From positions 32,914 to 96,913 of the IMG/VR virus record IMGVR_UViG_3300020049_010034: a stretch of DNA of 64,000 nt; one strand, given 5' to 3'. The position numbers were made by a program, and so were the translations under genes. The notes below the pieces were generated by a model. The model was given only the letters and a program-made list of their open reading frames with translations, did not search any database and was not told the DNA's origin. The number at the start of each line of letters is the position of its first letter. Within the stretch, counting starts at the first letter, position 1. Below, one piece after another: positions 37,689 through 45,769 of this stretch. The DNA is from a virus. Lineage: Duplodnaviria > Caudoviricetes.

Positions 37689-38486
37689 ATGAACGTCGGA
37701 AAAGCTCATCAGCGGATTGTTCGTGAAGAAAAGGCAAAAACTGAGCCTACACCAGACGTTGATCTATCACCATCTAACGCTGTCGTAAAACCAATCGATC
37801 GCGAAACAGCTAAAAAAGTTATCTTAGAATACGAATGGCTTGGCTGTATGCCCGCGATTGCAAAATATTATTATGGCCTATACTTTGGCGATCACTTGGC
37901 AGGTGTGGTTATCTATGGTGATGACTACTCCGAAAACTTGGGAACTTGGGATAAATACGGCTTCACTGGCAAGATGATCCTGCTTAATCGCGGCGCTTGC
38001 GTTCACTGGGCTCCGTCTTTTGCGGGCTCAATGCTGATCAGACGTAGTATGGATCTTCTACCCAAAAAATACGAGGTGATTACTTCAACGGTGGATGAGC
38101 TTGCGGGCGAGATCGGAACTATCTATCAAGCCTGTGGGTTTCACTATGTGGGGTGCATGAGGGCTAAGAACCCTAATATCAAGAATGGCGCTCGGGATCG
38201 TTTTGCCGTTTTGATTGATGGGAAGCTGTACGGATCGAGATCTATCCGCGCAAAGATCGGCTCCCAACGTAAAGCTGATATTTTACAACATTTTGCTGGT
38301 AGCAAGATTGAGTTTATTAAGCAAAAAGCTAAGTCTCGGTATTTTGCTTTTCGTGGTAGTCGTAAGATTTTAAAAGAACACTTGCAATCAATAGCCCATC
38401 TGATAGAAGCTTATCCTAAGAGGGTGTCGGATCACGCCCCAGAAACATTGAAAACCCATCGATTGGGTGAAAGGCACGGAATATGA
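37689..38486 (+). CDS. mom: Mom-family DNA adenine-modifying enzyme (GNAT fold)
   Basis: VKPIDRETAKKVILEYEWLG, YGLYFGDHLAGVVIYG, LNRG, APSFAGSMLIRRS, VDELAGEIGTIYQACGFHYVG (GTIYQA.xF.Y.G Mom signature), KSRY. Confidence 0.8.
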   Translation: MNVGKAHQRIVREEKAKTEPTPDVDLSPSNAVVKPIDRETAKKVILEYEWLGCMPAIAKYYYGLYFGDHLAGVVIYGDDYSENLGTWDKYGFTGKMILLNRGACVHWAPSFAGSMLIRRSMDLLPKKYEVITSTVDELAGEIGTIYQACGFHYVGCMRAKNPNIKNGARDRFAVLIDGKLYGSRSIRAKIGSQRKADILQHFAGSKIEFIKQKAKSRYFAFRGSRKILKEHLQSIAHLIEAYPKRVSDHAPETLKTHRLGERHGI

Positions 38487-38743
38487 GTAAGAAATCTAAG
38501 ATGTTTACATTCCCTATCGAGCAAGCTCGGTGTGGCGATATCCTTTTGCAAGATCTAAAAACAGGTTCGATAGACTGGTGGTCGCCAGACCCTAACGCTA
38601 TTAGAATCAAGAACAGTTTCTACAAGCTTCACCACAAGGATACGGTTGAAGCGCCGAATCCTGATGGCTTAAGCACGTTCTTCCCAGTCAAGGAATTTTT
38701 GGAGATAGCCAAGGATATCGAAAAGTTAGCGGGTAAAAAGTAA
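38483..38743 (+). CDS. hypothetical protein
   Basis: ATGA overlap with the mom-like gene. Confidence 0.6.
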   Translation: MSKKSKMFTFPIEQARCGDILLQDLKTGSIDWWSPDPNAIRIKNSFYKLHHKDTVEAPNPDGLSTFFPVKEFLEIAKDIEKLAGKK

Positions 38744-38869
38744 TGGAAGATCAAAAATGTGCTTGTGGTGAAGAATCTCAGGTCGGATGCCACGGAATCC
38801 GTGATAATAGTGTCTATGACGAATATTATTGCTACGACTGCTATAATAAAAAGAAAAGGAATAAAAACA

Positions 38870-39157
38870 ATGACGACTGAGCAAGTAGTAGGTAAAATGT
38901 TTGGGGGTTCAGAAAACCCTTACGAAGCTTTTAAAAACAGCACGGTTAATATGAAGATCAAGAATACCGCCGCAGGAGACATCATCTCTTTCGATGGCCA
39001 TCGTTGGCATCGCGTGGTTGAGATTCAAAAAACTATGTTAAGAGATCCGATCAAACAAATCCCGATCTTTTACATCGAGTTATCGAACGGCAAAAAGGTT
39101 CATCGCTCTGCCGAGGTTTCTGTCCAATCATTGGAAACTGACGAAGATCTGACTTAA
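38870..39157 (+). CDS. hypothetical protein
   Basis: AAAGGA SD before ATG 38870. Confidence 0.6.
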   Translation: MTTEQVVGKMFGGSENPYEAFKNSTVNMKIKNTAAGDIISFDGHRWHRVVEIQKTMLRDPIKQIPIFYIELSNGKKVHRSAEVSVQSLETDEDLT

Positions 39158-39220
39158 AATAACCTATAAGTGATTATAACGGGTCTTTAAAATAACCTTT
39201 AAGTTATCGTAACGGGTCTT
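39155..39220. repeat. 33-bp tandem direct repeat x2
   Basis: TAAAATAACCTATAAGTGATTATAACGGGTCTT then TAAAATAACCTTTAAGTTATCGTAACGGGTCTT (4 mismatches). Confidence 0.85.
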
Positions 39221-39240
39221 AAAGCAATCTTTGGGGTATC

Positions 39241-40164
39241 GTGATCAAGCTTCTGGTGTTTTTAATCGCGTCAGCAATGGCCGATACCTGCAAGGTGTTG
39301 GATGATCGAACGCAAGCTTTAATCACAGTTGCCTCCCAAGTCGAAAAATCTACGGAATATCAGGAGCTTGAATCACGTTTAGCCGCTCTTGAAAAAGAAA
39401 AAAGTGACGAAGATAAAAGAAACGTAATGAAAGCAATTGGTTACGCTTCATCGTCGGTAGGCTTGGTTACCTCGATCTGGGGTATCTACGAAAAACAACT
39501 AAGCTTGAAAAACAGCATGACCGAGCTTGCGATCCGCGAAAACACCCATCGGGTTCTAACCGCCGAGCTTGATATCTTGGAAGGCCAGATGGCTATGGCT
39601 CACACGGCTGATATAGAGGCCGCAGTATTGAAAAAGAAACAGCTTTTGGGTGAGGTTGAGGAGAAACTAGCCAACATCAAATTGCGCATCAGAATCAGCC
39701 GTCTAGGGCTTTATAGAGGGATGTTCAAGGGCGTGACCTCGATCGGCATCTTCACCTTAACGCTATTCATTGATGAGTTCTATGAGTTCTTTCGTGAATA
39801 TGTGGTGCCAAAACGATACCAAGCATACGTTTTCTTTCAAGAGTGGGATAAGACTTACGCCCTAGCTTCCTTCGCAGGGATAGCCGAGACTCTACCCCCA
39901 AGTGAAAAAGCGGCCTTAGTGTTCGCATCCGTATCCAAGCTTGGGATGCCCCAAGACGTTTTTGACGAGGAGCTTTGCAGGTACGGATCCTACAATCCAG
40001 ACGGTTATCGCAAGATTTTTACTATGGGTGCTGATACTATCAAAGAAGAGATTTTAAAACGGGTTCGATCTGATCTAAAACGACTTAAGCCCTTTAAGCT
40101 TCGATACGACTATCAGATCATGGAACCAGACGGGACAAAGGTGAAATTAAATGCAATTCATTAA
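39241..40164 (+). CDS. exported coiled-coil/membrane protein
   Basis: Signal peptide MIKLLVFLIASAMA-D, coiled coils, two moderately hydrophobic segments. Confidence 0.7.
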   Translation: MIKLLVFLIASAMADTCKVLDDRTQALITVASQVEKSTEYQELESRLAALEKEKSDEDKRNVMKAIGYASSSVGLVTSIWGIYEKQLSLKNSMTELAIRENTHRVLTAELDILEGQMAMAHTADIEAAVLKKKQLLGEVEEKLANIKLRIRISRLGLYRGMFKGVTSIGIFTLTLFIDEFYEFFREYVVPKRYQAYVFFQEWDKTYALASFAGIAETLPPSEKAALVFASVSKLGMPQDVFDEELCRYGSYNPDGYRKIFTMGADTIKEEILKRVRSDLKRLKPFKLRYDYQIMEPDGTKVKLNAIH

Positions 40165-40483
40165 AAAGCTAGTGGCTATAATGTTTATCGGATTGGCGGC
40201 CTGCTTGACAAGCTGTGGAGGGTTTGCGATCGACACTCAGCCAATGACGCGCCAAACGGTAGTGATCCCATCAATCCCAAACTTTTGGTACAACTCTGAC
40301 ACAATATGGAATAACGGCCAGTTTACCCAGCCTCAACCTATCTCTGGCTATCATCTAGCGTACTATTACAATGGAACTCGTTGTCATCGCGCTTTAGTAT
40401 ATAGTTTACACTATACCCTATACCAGTGCGAGAACGGCATGGTGTACCATAACGTAAGATTTTTTAATTGGGGCTACTGGTAA
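40151..40483 (+). CDS. putative lipoprotein
   Basis: MQFIKKLVAIMFIGLAACLTSC with lipobox candidates LAAC and LTSC. Confidence 0.7.
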   Translation: MQFIKKLVAIMFIGLAACLTSCGGFAIDTQPMTRQTVVIPSIPNFWYNSDTIWNNGQFTQPQPISGYHLAYYYNGTRCHRALVYSLHYTLYQCENGMVYHNVRFFNWGYW

Positions 40484-40490
40484 AAAACAT

Positions 40491-40519
40491 TTGACACAGC
40501 CCTTCAAAAGCTTTATTCT
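40491..40519 (+). promoter_or_regulatory. sigma70-like early promoter (leaderless transcript predicted)
   Basis: TTGACA-17 nt-TATTCT; ATG 6 nt downstream with no SD. Confidence 0.75.
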
Positions 40520-40525
40520 AGGTGC

Positions 40526-41251
40526 ATGGAAAACTTAGTTTTAGTCAAAGTAACCGAAACTGCTGAAAACTGGCAAGAAACGCTATGCACTCAATTTGGG
40601 TTCACATCCCCTAAAAATGGGTTTTTGATGGTTGGATCCGACTATCTACCATGGCTTCACGGTATCTCGGAAGTTGAGTCGACCGATTCCTTTGAGGATC
40701 TATATGCCGCAGAAGTTGCGTTTTTACGAAACTACTCTGGAACATTCGCGTTCATTCTAAGCTTGAAAAACCAATTTGAGCAACGAGGATCCCTGTCTGA
40801 AGCTCAGCTAACCTCTTTGCGAAAATGTATGGCTGCCGCCGAAAAGAACTCGCCCGCACAAAAGGAAGTCAAATACACGATAGCCGTTGGTGACGTTGTT
40901 CGTGTCGGCTCTCAGTATGGTCGGATCATTGCGAAAAACGCCATGGCCGTGACTCCCATCTTTAATATCGAAATAACCTCGGTCACAGGCGAGAGCCCGA
41001 ACGCTTGGCTTGTGACGGGCAGAGGGTCTGCGGTTGCAAACGGGTTTTGCTGCGTGTGCGGTCGCGAGCTTAAGAATTTAAACAGTATTAATATCCAGAT
41101 CGGGCCTGTCTGTGCTGGTAAAATTGGCGCATCTGGCGATTCTTTAACTAAAGCTGAGTTGACTGAAAAGCTGTCTCAGATCCTTTATACTAAACCTTTT
41201 TGGTTAAGTAAAAAGCACGTCAAAGAACATATTAAAAAGTTTAATGGGTAA
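40526..41251 (+). CDS. DUF6011-like zinc-ribbon protein
   Basis: CCVCGRELKNLNSINIQIGPVCAGK; FILSLKNQFEQRGSLSEAQ motif. Confidence 0.7.
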   Translation: MENLVLVKVTETAENWQETLCTQFGFTSPKNGFLMVGSDYLPWLHGISEVESTDSFEDLYAAEVAFLRNYSGTFAFILSLKNQFEQRGSLSEAQLTSLRKCMAAAEKNSPAQKEVKYTIAVGDVVRVGSQYGRIIAKNAMAVTPIFNIEITSVTGESPNAWLVTGRGSAVANGFCCVCGRELKNLNSINIQIGPVCAGKIGASGDSLTKAELTEKLSQILYTKPFWLSKKHVKEHIKKFNG

Positions 41252-41307
41252 TACAGTACCCAATAGCCCCTGTTTTTGGTTACTTTAATATCCATTAAAA
41301 AAAACGC

Positions 41308-41336
41308 TTGACTCTTACTTAGAGACAGTCTATTCT
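41308..41336 (+). promoter_or_regulatory. sigma70-like early promoter
   Basis: TTGACT-17 nt-TATTCT. Confidence 0.75.
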
Positions 41337-41355
41337 ATTCCCACAGGAGAAACAA

Positions 41356-41970
41356 ATGATTACAACACAAGATTTAGAACAGATTATGGAAACGGCGGTC
41401 AAAGTGCAGATCCCACAGCCTGAGCGTTACTATTACAAATGCCGTGACTGCCTAACGCCCGTGACGCTTTCTGAAACGATTTCAAAAAGCAAGATTTCGC
41501 TATCCTGCGAATGCGGAAGTTCACCCAAGTCCATGATTTATATGGGAAGAGTTAACGGTACTGGCTATGTTATTCAAACCGAAGTTCAGTGCAAATGTAA
41601 CGAAGTTTGTGCCAACGCGCAGGGGCCGAACTGTAACTGTGCCTGTGGCGGAACTAATCACGGTGACGGCCTAGCTGCCTACGTTGAAGTCGATGTCGTG
41701 ACTGGTAAGGTGTCCGCAAAAAGCACCCCGAAGGACAAAGCAAAAGCCCACGCCGAATGGTTCCGAGCGAAACTTGCTTGGATTGAGTCTGGCGACTACT
41801 TGGGATCCGACAAGGAAGCTTGGGAGCTACAACGCAAGGGCGGCTGGAATAACGATTATAAGCAGTGGATACGAATCACCAAGAAGCAGCAGATGGCCTT
41901 AAAATTCAAGGAATCAAAAAGTTACAAACACCGCGAAAAAGTGCTTGCGGAAATTGAAGGTATGGTCTAG
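41356..41970 (+). CDS. Cys-rich metal-binding protein
   Basis: CRDC, CECG, C.C..A.G..C.C.CGG.NHG; AGGAG SD. Confidence 0.75.
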   Translation: MITTQDLEQIMETAVKVQIPQPERYYYKCRDCLTPVTLSETISKSKISLSCECGSSPKSMIYMGRVNGTGYVIQTEVQCKCNEVCANAQGPNCNCACGGTNHGDGLAAYVEVDVVTGKVSAKSTPKDKAKAHAEWFRAKLAWIESGDYLGSDKEAWELQRKGGWNNDYKQWIRITKKQQMALKFKESKSYKHREKVLAEIEGMV

Positions 41971-42018
41971 TCTAGACTCATGAACGGCAATTGAGCCGCT
42001 CGGAAAGAAATAACTAAA

Positions 42019-42285
42019 ATGAAAAAGAGAACAACGATCACAGAGCAGGCTAGAGAACAAATCGCGGTAGCATATAAAAAAGTTCAGTCAAAAATCTCTA
42101 AACTAGCTCCACACCCATTCGGACACGCTTATCTTTGGGGTACGGTTGAAGTAACCTTAAAGAACGGTAACTCAAGGTACTACAAAGCCTGCTTGGGCGG
42201 TATTTGCACCGCCGATCTTGAAAAAGCGGTCGAGCTTGCAAATAGTGTTGACAAGGTTTCCAACGTATACTACAATCTGGACTAA
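42019..42285 (+). CDS. hypothetical protein
   Basis: Follows a leader similar to that of gene 6549. Confidence 0.65.
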   Translation: MKKRTTITEQAREQIAVAYKKVQSKISKLAPHPFGHAYLWGTVEVTLKNGNSRYYKACLGGICTADLEKAVELANSVDKVSNVYYNLD

Positions 42286-42295
42286 GGGAAAGCAA

Positions 42296-42481
42296 ATGTA
42301 TATTGAAAAAGGTCAATTGTATAAAGGCAAGAAGAACAGCTTATCGTTCCTTGTAATCGGCGTGACCGAAAAAAGCGTTCGCATTCAGTACCATGTACAG
42401 TATTACTGGATGGATTACCCACAGATTCGGCGAAATATCATTTCAAAACAACAGTTTATCGACACAATGGAGGCAACCTAA
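42296..42481 (+). CDS. hypothetical protein
   Basis: AAGGGA SD before ATG 42296. Confidence 0.6.
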   Translation: MYIEKGQLYKGKKNSLSFLVIGVTEKSVRIQYHVQYYWMDYPQIRRNIISKQQFIDTMEAT

Positions 42482-42699
42482 TGTTTATCCGAGTAACCCC
42501 GACATATTATGATCATACCTCTAAAACGACAAAGGTTAGAGACAGGAAGCAGCTTTTGAATATCTCCACGATTTATGAGATTACTCCTACCGAAAATGGC
42601 CAAACCCACCTCGTCCTAGATGGACGAACCCTTATCGCCAACGAAAGATATTCGGAAGTTTCTGGGTGGCTGGAAGAGAAGGGGTTGGTGCTAGGATGA
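42481..42699 (+). CDS. hypothetical protein
   Basis: GGAGG SD, TAATG overlap. Confidence 0.65.
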   Translation: MFIRVTPTYYDHTSKTTKVRDRKQLLNISTIYEITPTENGQTHLVLDGRTLIANERYSEVSGWLEEKGLVLG

Positions 42700-43331
42700 G
42701 CGGCCTAAACTCTAAAATATACCCTACGGTCTGGCTATTCGAAGGTTTCGAGTATCCCGTACTTAATTTTATAGAGATCGGCTCTGGCGACCAAAGCCAA
42801 GGTATGCCAGAAACGCTTATCAACGAACTAAAAGAGGGTGAGCAATTCCGCTACAAAGGATTATTAGTTGACTCAGAAAGGCAGGTTTCGTTTCTACAGC
42901 TAGAAAGAGTTCCTGCTCAGAAAACTATTGACTGCCCCCTAGACGCTGTGAGATCTTATTCTCAGATGTCCCTAAAAGAAGATGAAGGGAAGCGTATGCT
43001 TCCGAGCTTGGATGAGCGGACAGAGAAAATTGATATAGAATATTGTTTTAAAGATTTTGTTCGATGGGAACGGTCAGACAGAGCCCTCGCAAAAAAGAAA
43101 GAAGGAAAAATGACCACGAACTTAGACGAGTTGGCACGAATATACAGGAAAGAAAACGATTCATATCACGATACAGACGGTGTTGATGTAGAAGATGTTT
43201 TTCGTGACGGCTACACCCGCGCCATTACTGATGTGGTGGGGTGGTTAAGGTCACACCAAATGCTAGAAAGAACGCTTGATGACCATTACGCAGATGAAAT
43301 CGAAAACAAATTTCTGCGGGGTGAAAAATGA
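42696..43331 (+). CDS. hypothetical protein, apparent fusion of two genes
   Basis: ATGA overlap at the start; internal GAAGGA SD and ATG at 43110. Confidence 0.6.
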   Translation: MSGLNSKIYPTVWLFEGFEYPVLNFIEIGSGDQSQGMPETLINELKEGEQFRYKGLLVDSERQVSFLQLERVPAQKTIDCPLDAVRSYSQMSLKEDEGKRMLPSLDERTEKIDIEYCFKDFVRWERSDRALAKKKEGKMTTNLDELARIYRKENDSYHDTDGVDVEDVFRDGYTRAITDVVGWLRSHQMLERTLDDHYADEIENKFLRGEK

Positions 43332-43597
43332 ATATATGGATATGCAAATGCAACGCGATTAATCCTGTTTTAAACTGGGTATGCCACAACTGTGGGAAGG
43401 ATTGGGTAATCGAAAGCAAATTGCTCGTAAGCAATACGTCGCAAAAAGAAGAAAAAAGTAACACGTCGGAAAAACGTGTCGTCACCGATGACATTAGCGA
43501 CACTGAACGCCTAGACTAGCTTTTAAAAAACGATGCGACCGTGATAGTTGGAAACTCAAGAGAGGCAATTGATTTAATGATTCGAGGCGAGAAATGA
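43328..43597 (+). pseudogene. zinc-finger plus DTERL(W) module gene interrupted by in-frame TAG
   Basis: TAG at 43517-43519 where the paralogues have Trp; frame continues LLKN...SREAIDLMIRGEK to a TGA overlapping the next ATG. Confidence 0.7.
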
Positions 43598-43827
43598 AAA
43601 ATAAAGACTTAAAGTATTGGCAGGAGCGTGGTGGTCAGATCGAATGGCGATTGGAAGTGGCTAGACGTAAGGTTTCCGAACTAGAACAAGACTTGGACGA
43701 ATGTGATCGCTTTATTAAAGAATTAATGCCAGTCGAAAGAGCTAACGGCTACGAAGACGCAATGGTTGCGTTAGAAAAAGCAAAACAAGAATTAAAAGAA
43801 ATTGAGAATGAGAATGAAAAAAGCTAG
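43594..43827 (+). CDS. coiled-coil hypothetical protein
   Basis: GAGG SD. Confidence 0.65.
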   Translation: MKNKDLKYWQERGGQIEWRLEVARRKVSELEQDLDECDRFIKELMPVERANGYEDAMVALEKAKQELKEIENENEKS

Positions 43828-44053
43828 GGAGGTTTGGATTTCGGAGTTGCCGGAAGGATACACCGGATGGATTAGTTTGTCTAAGACGGGCGGCGCTCAT
43901 AAATTTAGGGAAGTATTGCCAGACGAGCAATCTAAGATTGAGGTGCTAGTAAGCGCAATTAAAGAAAGCATATCAAGATCGGACGATAGCGGTGACAGCT
44001 ACAACTCGCAGCCAATTCGTGAAGCACTAAAAGAAATCGAGGAATTAAAGTAA
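43814..44053 (+). CDS. hypothetical protein
   Basis: Operon continuity; MKKAREVWI start. Confidence 0.6.
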   Translation: MKKAREVWISELPEGYTGWISLSKTGGAHKFREVLPDEQSKIEVLVSAIKESISRSDDSGDSYNSQPIREALKEIEELK

Positions 44054-44286
44054 TGGATCCTTTTTTAAAAGCAGGATTTGACCACCCATGCAAGCAAACC
44101 TGTTCAGGCTGGGAGCAAGGCCGCGAACGCGGTATGCTGGAATCGGAAGAGAAGATTGATTTACTTAAGAAGCAGCTTAAAGACCTCGCAAGCACAACAA
44201 AGGCCATAATCGATATCAGCGATAGGAATCATGATTATTGGGATCGAGCGAAAGAAATGATCAGAGCGATAGAGAAAGCGGAATGA
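44053..44286 (+). CDS. hypothetical protein
   Basis: GAGGA SD, TAATG overlap. Confidence 0.65.
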   Translation: MDPFLKAGFDHPCKQTCSGWEQGRERGMLESEEKIDLLKKQLKDLASTTKAIIDISDRNHDYWDRAKEMIRAIEKAE

Positions 44287-44714
44287 ACAAGCCCAAAAAG
44301 GTCGCCGTGTACCGAAACCTTCATAGGATCGGGTACGTTTACTCGGTGCAGGACTTTAAAACCAAGCGCGTGACCGACCGTACTTCCGAGATCTTTTTAA
44401 AGGACTGCGAATTTAAAGTATCGGAATCTGGCCGTCAAAGGGTTCTGCGCGAAAAACGCAAGAACGTCCACGCCAAGATCGTAGGTACGAGACTTTCAAA
44501 AGAGGAATGGGATGAGACCCTGCTTAAGCTTGAGGTTCTGCTTAAGCTTGAGATTCTAGATCTGTACTATCTGGACGGGATTGGCGTCAGTTATAATCCG
44601 TATAAGTATCCAACTTTCGTCTGCTTGGATGGCACACCTGTTTTTAAAGCAAAGTATGTGGTTGTGTCTGGCGAATCCATCAGAGCTTTTAATATAACTC
44701 AGACAAAAGACTAA
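44283..44714 (+). CDS. conserved phage hypothetical protein
   Basis: VYRNLH...F.VSESGRQRVLREKRKNVHA...YNPYKY..F pattern; internal 18-nt duplication (LLKLEV/LLKLEI). Confidence 0.75.
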   Translation: MNKPKKVAVYRNLHRIGYVYSVQDFKTKRVTDRTSEIFLKDCEFKVSESGRQRVLREKRKNVHAKIVGTRLSKEEWDETLLKLEVLLKLEILDLYYLDGIGVSYNPYKYPTFVCLDGTPVFKAKYVVVSGESIRAFNITQTKD

Positions 44715-44771
44715 TCAAATCAGCTATTTACTGGTAATCAACACTTTATTCTGTTTTATCAGAATATTGTG

Positions 44772-44800
44772 TTGACTTGGTTTTAATCTGCTGGTACTCT
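44772..44800 (+). promoter_or_regulatory. sigma70-like early promoter
   Basis: TTGACT-17 nt-TACTCT. Confidence 0.7.
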
Positions 44801-44826
44801 AAAAGAGAGAAAAGAAAGGATATTTT

Positions 44827-45120
44827 ATGAAAATGAAGTTTAACTCTTATATGTTTTGGTACTCGATGGGGATCAACCCTGTTCTACCGATTGTCGCGAA
44901 GATCTTCGACCTTGCGGTTTATTTTATGTTCGCAACGGCGCTGTTTTCTATCGCTACATACCCGATAGTTCATTTTTTAACCCCAGCTCTACCGACCAAT
45001 AAGGCGGAGGCGGTTACAAACTTGATTCATATCTATGGGCTTGCCGCTATCCCTGCTTTAGTTTGGATTGTCGTAGGGATGTTGTTCGCCTTTAGAAAAG
45101 CGACTACCGAAAAGCTTTAA
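44827..45120 (+). CDS. membrane protein
   Basis: Two to three TM segments; GAAAGGA SD. Confidence 0.7.
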   Translation: MKMKFNSYMFWYSMGINPVLPIVAKIFDLAVYFMFATALFSIATYPIVHFLTPALPTNKAEAVTNLIHIYGLAAIPALVWIVVGMLFAFRKATTEKL

Positions 45121-45132
45121 AGGGGTGATAGT

Positions 45133-45225
45133 ATGATAATAAATAAGACTTTAACAATACTCGCGATAGCAATCGACATAGTTGTTGTATATTTCGTGGT
45201 ACAAATTTTGAACTCGTTAACTTAA
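45133..45225 (+). CDS. 30-aa hydrophobic peptide
   Basis: MIINKTLTILAIAIDIVVVYFVVQILNSLT; AGGGGTG SD; fills the gap exactly. Confidence 0.45.
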   Translation: MIINKTLTILAIAIDIVVVYFVVQILNSLT

Positions 45226-45239
45226 AAAGAAAGGCGAAA

Positions 45240-45560
45240 ATGGAAACCCAAGGAAATTTTGAAACAGAGAACCAAAAATTCTTAAGACTGGCTGGCAAAT
45301 ACGAAAGCCTAATCGAACAGCTTAAAAACGTAAAAGAAGAAATGAATACAGTTATGGCCGATATCGGTATTAATAACTTCGTTCAAGACATCGACGGAAC
45401 GGTCTATCAAGTGGTAGTTCCTCAAGGTCGCTTCGTACACTTCGATGCAATCTCTTATATCCGTACCCGTAAAGAGGGTGAGGAGCGTGGCGATCTTTCG
45501 TTAAAGAAAGCTGAAGAAGCTGGCTATGACGTGTCCCACTTGAAGAAAGCTAAGGGCTAA
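45240..45560 (+). CDS. conserved phage hypothetical protein
   Basis: QD.DGTVYQ...P.GRFV.F...Y.RTR..GE.RG.LS.KKAEEAGY pattern. Confidence 0.7.
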   Translation: METQGNFETENQKFLRLAGKYESLIEQLKNVKEEMNTVMADIGINNFVQDIDGTVYQVVVPQGRFVHFDAISYIRTRKEGEERGDLSLKKAEEAGYDVSHLKKAKG

Positions 45561-45769
45561 TGAGAAACGGATCAACTATTAAACATGAGCGCAATACGGA
45601 CGTTGCGTTTCATATTAAAAAGCTGTTTCGAGTCCCTGACGGAAGAGTCAAGGTAAAGGGTCAATGGGTTAACATTGTTAATCCTGAACGACCTTATATT
45701 ATCGGCTCTGACAATATCGTGATCCAACCTGAAAACCTAAAAGAATGGAAAATTTATGAACAAAACTAA
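45560..45769 (+). CDS. hypothetical protein
   Basis: TAATG overlap. Confidence 0.6.
   Translation: MRNGSTIKHERNTDVAFHIKKLFRVPDGRVKVKGQWVNIVNPERPYIIGSDNIVIQPENLKEWKIYEQN

Noticed and set aside
36756-39220. CRISPR mini-arrays at the 19-bp and 33-bp repeats
   Set aside because: Only two copies each, with 9-nt or no spacers, and no cas genes in the window.
44520-44555. Short tandem duplications (18 nt here; 12 nt near 32077; 21-nt KELEAT repeat near 7506)
   Set aside because: Consistent with ordinary slippage duplications; no evidence of function.
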